Of a DNA stretch of 64,000 nt, positions 57,501-64,000 are shown piece after piece. A model generated the notes under the pieces. That model was not told the origin of the DNA, made no database searches, and saw nothing but the letters and a program-made list of their open reading frames with translations. The position numbers and the translations under genes are program-made. Numbering within the stretch: position 1 is the stretch's first letter; the number at the start of each line of letters is the position of its first letter. Origin of the DNA: Podarcis muralis (taxonomy: Eukaryota); contig NC_135670.1 of NCBI RefSeq assembly GCF_964188315.1, forward strand, positions 37,820,001-37,884,000, in the 5' to 3' direction.

Positions 57501-60500
57501 GTTTTTGAAACGAGCATGACAGCCCACAGCTACAGCATCTACAATGCAATCTATATTTTGGCACATGCTTTGCACACCATGCAGTCCACCAAATTAAACT
57601 GCAGAGCAATGGCAGCTGGAGCAAGATGGGAACTTACAGATCAAGAGCCATGGCAGGTAATGCTGTCTTCCAGTTAATACAGATGTCTGTGATCAACTCT
57701 GGAGCTCAGCCAAAGGAGGGACTTTTCTTGAATACCTCTGTCAGTAGGGGAAACTCATTGCATGTAAAGGCCCAGTTGTTGAATAATAAAACACATGGAC
57801 ACCAGTATTTTAGATTAATGGGCGAATTAAGGCCACAACGAAGGCCTGAAACCAAGAAGGTGATCCCCAGCCACGCGGCCACTTCAATGCAGCAAGTCAC
57901 GTCCCCCCGGCTGACTGGATTGGTTGGCGGGTGTGACATGGCCAGGACTATGATGTGGGGGCACTGGCTTTCCTCTTTCCTCTCGGGGAGGAAATGACTA
58001 TCCACTAATGGTTAGGATAACATAATGGATGAAATTCTGCCATCACTTTAAAGTGGGTTCACTTGTCCTTGGAATAGCAAAATATGGCTATAGATGGCTA
58101 GGTACACAATATCATGCTATCACTATTTGTACAAAGGCAGCCCTGTATCCCTGGAAAGTGATGAGCAGCTTATCTACACAGCTTATCCTCCTATCTGAAG
58201 GAACGTCCTGTCTAATATTTGTGGTCTAAGTTCTATGAAATTTAGGCCAAGACTAACTGTAATTCTTAAAAGAACCACATCTCACCACCACAAAAAACAT
58301 TGCTACGATTAAAAGTGTCCTTCACAAAACATTTAAAATGAATATAGTGTTCCACAATGTTGCTCTTTTGTATATGCTCATGAGCAGGTCTTTTTTCAGC
58401 TGGAACCCCCTGGAACTCAGTTCTCTCCCCTCTCAGGGGGGCTCCATTGCCATTCCAAGGGAACGAGGGAGGTGTTTGTGGTGAGTTCCAGCACCTCTTT
58501 TTCTAGAAAGCAGCACTGCTCATTAATTCCTTTTTCCCTTTTAGCTCCACCCATTTTTGAAGAAGAAACTCATTAAAAACACAAAGACACTAAGATACAT
58601 CTTTTAGAGATCATGAACTATACCTCTTAAATGCTAAAGATAAGCACTCTATTTGTACAAATATTACTTATATTTAATTATATTTGGCATTTTCATTAAT
58701 TGCTTTTCCCCTCTTCAATCTTAGGTCCACCACTTTCTGGAAAGAGTTTCATTTAATAATAGTGTTGGGGAGGAAGTTTCCTTTGACCAAAATGGGGAAT
58801 TAGTAGCTGGATTTGATATAATAAATTGGGTCACATTCCCCAATCAGTCATTTCTGAGAGTCAAACTTGGAACAATGGACCCACAAGCTCCCCCAGAGAA
58901 GAGGTTAATCATTCATGATGAGGGTCTCATGTGGCCCAACTGGTTCAACCAGGTAAAAATTTATTCAAAGTTTTCTCTAGTTTTTTGCTCAGTGTCTCAA
59001 AACTGTCTCATTGCAACACATTGAATCATCAATTAGCAGAATTATCAGACTTGATCTGTGAAGGAAATATCAGGCTGCAGCACTGATAAAAGGAAAGCTA
59101 TCTTATTTCTAGCTCTATCTAACACATGAAATACCTGAAATCGCAAGGGGTTTCCTGAATGTCAAATGTTAATGTATGTTAGCCATATTTCTAAGTCAGT
59201 AGAATGGTCCAAGAAGGTAAGACAAGAGATCATCGCCCTTCACAAAAAAGATACAAGTATACAAAAAGAAAGCAAAGGCACTGAATGTTGCCAGAGAAGC
59301 CATTGGAAGCATAGTTTGCAAGTTCTAAGTTAAAGGAACAGTGGTTAGACTACCTCAACGGGGCAGAATTTCAATAATTTCTATTGCAACTGTCAGTCAA
59401 AAACACTTGAGAAATTTCATGAGATTGTGACCCGATAAGCTTTCACCTGAACATTTTCTAATTTGATAAGATTTTTGTTGTTTAGTCATGTCCGACTCTT
59501 CGTGACCCCCTGGACCAGAGCACGCCAGGCACTCCTGTCTTTCACTGCCTCCCGCAGTTTGGTCAAACTCATGCTGGTAGCTTGGAGAACACTGTCCCAC
59601 CATCTCATCCTCTATCGTCCCCTTCTCCTTGTGCCCTCCATCTTTCCCAACATCAGGGTCTTTTCCAGGGAGTCTTCTCTTCTCATGAGGTGGCCAAAGT
59701 CTTGGAGCCTCAGCTTCAGGATCTGTCCTTCCAGTGAGCACTCAGGGCTGATTTCCTTCAGAATGGAGAGGTTTGCTCTTCTTACAGTCCATGGGACTCT
59801 CAAGAGTCTCCTCCAGCACCAGAATTCAAAAGCATCAATTCTTCTTTATGGTCCAGCTCTCACTTCCATACATCACTACTGGGAAAACCATAGCTTTTAC
59901 TATACAGACCTTTGTTGCCAAAGTGATGTCTCTACTTTTTAAGATGCTGTCTAGGTTTGTCATTGCTTTTCTCCCAAGAAGCAGGCGTCTTTTAATTTCG
60001 TGGCTGCTGTCACCATCTGCAGTGATCATGGAGCCCAAGAAAGTACAGTGGTACCTCGCAAGACGAATGCCTCGCAAGACAAAAAACTCGCTAGACGAAA
60101 GGGTTTTTTGTTTTTTGAGCTGCTTCGCAAGACGATTTTCCCTATGGGCTTGCTTCGCAAGACGGAAACGTCTTGCAAGTTTGTTTCCTTTTTCTTAACA
60201 CCGTTAATACAGTTTCGACTTGACTTCGAGGAGCAACTCATAGAACGCGGTGTGGTAGCCTTTTTTGAGGTTTTTAAAGACTTTGGTGATTTTTGAAGCT
60301 TTTCCAAAACTTTTCCGACACCGTGCTTCGCAAGACGAAAAAAATCGCAAGACGACAAAACTCGCGGAATGAATTAATTTCGTCTTGCGAGGCACCACTG
60401 TAAAATCTTTCACTGCCTCCATTTCTTCCCTTTCTATTTGCCAGGAGGTGATGGGACCAGTGGCCATGATCTTCGTTTTTTTGATGTTGAGCTTCAGACC

Positions 60501-62901
60501 ATATTTTGCGCTCTCCTCTTTCGCCCTCAAGAAAAGGTTCTTTAATTCCTCCTCACTTTCTGCCATCAAGGTTGTGTCATCTGCATATCTGAGGTTGTTG
60601 ATATTTCTTCCGGCAATCTTAATTCTGGCTGGGGATTCATCCAGCCCAGCCTTTCGCATGATGAATTCTGCATATAAGTTAAATAAGCAGGGAGAAAATA
60701 TACAGCCTTATCGTACTCCTTTCCCAATTTTGAACCAACCAATCAGTTGTTCCATATCCAGTTCTAACTGTAGCTTCTTGTCCCACACAGAGATTTCTCA
60801 GGAGACAGATGAGGTGATCAGGCACTCCCATTTCTTTAAGAACTTGCCATAGTTTGCTGTGGTCGACACAGTCAAAGGCTTTTGCATAGTAAATGAAGCA
60901 GAAGTAGTTGTCTTTCTGGAACTCTCTAGCTTTCTCCATAATCCAGCGCATGTTTGCAATTTGGTCTCTGGTTCCTCTGCCTCTTCTAAATCCAGCTTGC
61001 ACTTCTGGGAGTTCTCGGTCCACATACTGCTTAAGCTTGCCTTGTAGAATTTTAAGCATAACCTTGCTACCGTGTGAAATGAGTGCAATTGTGCGGTAGT
61101 TGGAGCATTCTTTGGCACTGTCCTTCTTTGGGATTGGGGTGTAGACTGATCTTCTCCAATCCTCTGGCCACTGCTGAGTTTCCCAAACTTGCTGGCATAT
61201 TGAGTGTAGCACCTTAACAGCATCATCTTTTAAAATTTTAAATAGTTCAGCTGGAATACCATCACTTCCACTGGCCTTATTATTTGCACTGCTTTCTAAG
61301 GCCCATTTGACTTCACTCTCCAGGATGTATGGCTCAAGGTCAGAAACCACACTACCTGGGGTGTACGAGCATCCATATCTTTCTGGTATAATTCCTCTGT
61401 GTATTCTTGCCACCTCTTCTTGATGTCTTCTGCTTCTGTTAGGTCCTTACCACTTTTGTCCTTTATTTGATAAGATATTGGCATGCTGATCTCTGAAGAA
61501 GTTCAAATACTTACCAATATGGTTTTCATAAAGGCAAAGGTACTGGAGTAATGATAGAAGTTCCAATGCTGCAATTAGAGCAAGATTTAAGATCATCTTC
61601 AGAGAAAACAAACAACCTATAGCAATCTGCATAACTGTCATTTTTACTATTTGAAGATAAGTCCCAAACGATTTCCTTCTTTCATTTATGAACAGGCACA
61701 ACCCACTTCTCTGTGTAATGAGAATTGTCCTGTAGGTTATAGAAAGAACAAGAAGGAAGGAAAGCCATTCTGCTGCTATGATTGCCTTCCGTGTCCAGAA
61801 GGGAAGATCTCAAACAAGGAGGGTAAGGAATGCATCACAGGCTTTAATTTTACCTGTGCATCAGAAGCTCCTTTCTCTAGTGGGAAAACAGTATTGAAGT
61901 AGCAAATATACATTCTGGTATCTCTTAGGTGCATTGTGACAATCTGGGGACAGAATAACTTTTTAAAAAATAAGATGTTTCTTCCATTTTCTTTTTCAGA
62001 CATGGACGACTGTTCAGAATGCCCTGGAGATCAATATGCAAACAATGAACAGGATGGCTGCCTCCCCAAAGACAAAACATTCTTGTCTTATGAAGAACCG
62101 TTGGGGATCAGTTTGGCCACGTTTGCCCTCTTCTTTTCCTGCATCACAGCTTTGGTGCTTCAAATATTCACAAAGCACAGAGATACTCCCATAGTCAAAG
62201 CCAACAACCGCAACCTCACTTATCTTCTCCTCCTTTTCCTCCTCCTCTCCTTCCTTTGTGCTCTGCTCTTCATTGGCCAGCCCGAGGAAGTCACCTGCCT
62301 CCTTCGACAAACTGCTTTTGGCTTGATCTTCTCAGTGGCCATTTCTTGCATCTTGGCCAAAACTGCCATTGTGGTTCTAGCTTTCATGGCCACCAAGCCA
62401 GGGTCCCGAATGAGGAAGTGGGTAGGGAAGCCACTGGGCACCCCAATTGTTCTTTCCTGCTCCCTTATTCAAGCCACAATCTGCAGCATATGGCTGGCAA
62501 CTTCTCCTCCTTTCCCAGACGTTGACATGGACTCAGTGACTGAAGAAATAATACTAGAATGTAGTGAAGGTTCCACTATCATGTTTTATTGTGTCCTGGG
62601 ATTCATGGGTTTACTGGCCATAGTCAGCTTCACGGTGGCTTTCCTAGCTAGAAAGTTGCCGGACAGTTTCAATGAAGCCAAATTCATCACCTTCAGCATG
62701 TTGGTCTTTTGCAGTGTGTGGCTCTCCTTTGTTCCAACCTACTTGAGCACCAAGGGCAAATACATGGTGGCTGTGGAGATCTTCTCCATCTTGGCCTCCA
62801 GTTGTGGGTTACTGGGCTGCATCTTTATCCCCAAATGCTATGTTATTTTACTGAGGCCTGAGCTGAACAGCAGGGAGCAGCTAATAAGAAGACAGTTTTA
62901 A
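51348..62901 (+). CDS. V2R gene E (paralogue of C), apparently intact, about 875 aa; exons 51348-51562, 54575-54866, 56793-57656, 58725-58952, 61696-61822, 62000-62901
   Basis: Canonical exon sizes and phases, GT-AG sites, no stops. Confidence 0.92.
51705..52250 (-). mobile_element. Degenerate RTE-clade LINE, 5' part (5'UTR and endonuclease remnant)
   Basis: '[16 protein letters not shown]' APE motif and RTE-like 5'UTR cttgtcattgtgagtgagcttgcatgttcctatgaccc. Confidence 0.6.
52736..54315 (-). mobile_element. Non-coding relative of the DIRS/Ngaro element (about 750 bp), interrupted by a solo LTR
   Basis: Shares several exact motifs with 48171-48570 and the cgcccNcaacca end. Empty site tttttggtaaccag in gene C. 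Confidence 0.65.
52797..53621 (-). mobile_element. Solo LTR (Gypsy/chromovirus-type, 825 bp)
   Basis: tgtcag...ctgaca termini, 5-bp TSD acgga, minus-strand AATAAA, long open frame in U3. Confidence 0.9.
54328..54377. repeat. (CCT)n microsatellite
   Basis: Direct reading. Confidence 0.9.
54575..54866 (+). CDS. V2R-E exon 2
   Basis: 292 nt. Confidence 0.92.
56203..56240 (-). ncRNA. Minimal hammerhead ribozyme motif (minus copy)
   Basis: Reverse complement of the plus copy. Confidence 0.7.
56250..56287 (+). ncRNA. Minimal type I hammerhead ribozyme motif (sense to V2R-E)
   Basis: GTAT-CTGAAGA-A-GTGTGCATGCACAC-GAA-AGCT-C-ATAC; predicted cleavage after C56283. Confidence 0.72.
56793..57656 (+). 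CDS. V2R-E exon 3
   Basis: 864 nt open. Confidence 0.92.
58725..58952 (+). CDS. V2R-E exon 4
   Basis: 228 nt. Confidence 0.92.
59473..61464 (-). mobile_element. RTE-BovB in V2R-E intron 4 (same insertion as in C)
   Basis: Same TSD atttgataagat and same truncation point; carries a nested MITE. Confidence 0.93.
60046..60400. mobile_element. Tc1/pogo-type MITE nested in BovB
   Basis: TIR cagtggtacctcgcaagacgaa with TA TSD; empty site aaagtaaaatc in the C copy. Confidence 0.88.
61696..61822 (+). CDS. V2R-E exon 5
   Basis: 127 nt. Confidence 0.92.
62000..62901 (+). CDS. V2R-E exon 6 (7TM)
   Basis: 902 nt ending in TAA. Confidence 0.95.
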
Positions 62902-63566
62902 ATAATCCAGAAGTCTAAATCATGTTCGTAATTCTAGGTGTCTGTTATTGCTGTTTTATTTACTTGTATGTCATTAGAAATTAAGGATATTCATGCCCCT
63001 TGAAATTAAATAATCAACAAATAAACAAATAATTGAAGAAGTAAAAAGTAAATTATAAAAAAGATCTGGAGCAGCTCCAAGAATTCCTTTGGGAATCATG
63101 CTCGCAATTCTGGGTGTCTGTTATTGCTATTTTAATTACGTATATGTAATTAGAAATCTGGGATACTCATGTCCCACTGCTTTGCAAGCATGAACTATCA
63201 GCTCATCACCAGCACTTGTAAAGCACTTTGCACAGGTGGTCCTGACATCTTATTGAGCCCACAAACCCCCATCAGCCCAGCCACTCTTTATCTGTCCCAC
63301 AGCTGACATCACGAGAAGCTGAAGAGTGCCAGAAATTCCCACAAGTAGCTGTTCTTTAAAGTGACAGAAGAGACTAATAGGAGATTTGAGAGCTGTTTCG
63401 CCTCTTAAATAGGGAATACATAAAGAAGCATCTTCCTCTCCCGGATCAAATTAAAACCAAAAAACACTTCAGAAGGACTATCTACTTGTACTATTTCATT
63501 TATATTGCACCATAAGACATGTTTCCTGGACACTTCACAAGAAAGTACAACAGCTAAATTGAAATA

Positions 63567-63824
63567 CAGTGGTACCTCAGGTTAAGTACTTAATTCGTTC
63601 TGGAGGTCCGTTCTTAACCTGAAACTGTTCTTAACCTGAAGCACCACTTTAGCTAATGGGGCCTCCTGCTGCTGCCGCGCCGCCGGAGCACGATTTCTGT
63701 TCTCATCCTGAAGCAAAGTTCTTAACCTGAAGCACTATTTCTGGATTAGCGGAGTCTGTAACCTGAAGCGTATGTAACCTGAAGCGTATGTAACCTGAAG
63801 TGTATGTAACCTGAGGTACCACTG
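63567..63824. mobile_element. Tc1/pogo-type MITE (same family as 25076 and 40870)
   Basis: cagtggtacctc / gaggtaccactg TIRs, TA TSD, 16-bp subterminal repeats tgtaacctgaagcgta. Confidence 0.9.
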
Positions 63825-64000
63825 TACAAAATAATAATAAACAATTGCAGACCCAGGTCCATTGGGCTGCCTATGATCAATGTATTGACAGGATAACAAA
63901 TTGCCAGAACAACTTTATGAGGTTACAAATTTGTCTCAGCTTTATTGATTATACTTGTAGGTTGGCCTGGGTGCACCTCTCTCAGATTTGTGGGCGGAAG

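Larger units (their letters stand above)
38940..63090 (+). repeat. Second copy of a tandem segmental duplication (first copy about 18030-38690) carrying two V2R genes
   Basis: Colinear homology of promoters, exons, introns and 3' flanks between B/D and C/E. Boundaries approximate. Confidence 0.85.

Overview
Eukaryotic genomic DNA, almost certainly from a squamate reptile. A lacertid-type lizard is inferred from the SINE, BovB and MITE content. The window is part of a vomeronasal type-2 receptor (V2R, class C GPCR) cluster. It holds the first two exons of a minus-strand V2R (A) and four complete, apparently intact six-exon plus-strand V2Rs (B, C, D, E). These four form a tandem duplication of a two-gene cassette (B+C duplicated as D+E). 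Between and within the genes lies a dense transposable-element record. It includes a young two-LTR chromovirus (Ty3/Gypsy) with an in-frame deletion of protease and RT, two solo LTRs, a deleted DIRS/Ngaro-type tyrosine-recombinase element with an SGNH hydrolase ORF plus a non-coding relative, L1, L2, RTE and BovB fragments, two Penelope-type termini carrying minimal hammerhead ribozyme motifs, SINEs, and Tc1/pogo- and hAT-type MITEs. The strongest leads are: (i) a Tf1-like 11-nt self-priming signature and an LTR-encoded protein tail that recurs in two LTR families, (ii) hammerhead motifs in V2R introns, (iii) a duplicated, out-of-frame signal-peptide uORF kept in V2R C and E, (iv) mosaic gene-conversion patterns between paralogues, and (v) a captured exon-4 fragment at a deletion junction. 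All exon coordinates, TSDs and difference counts were read by eye, and no database searches were run.
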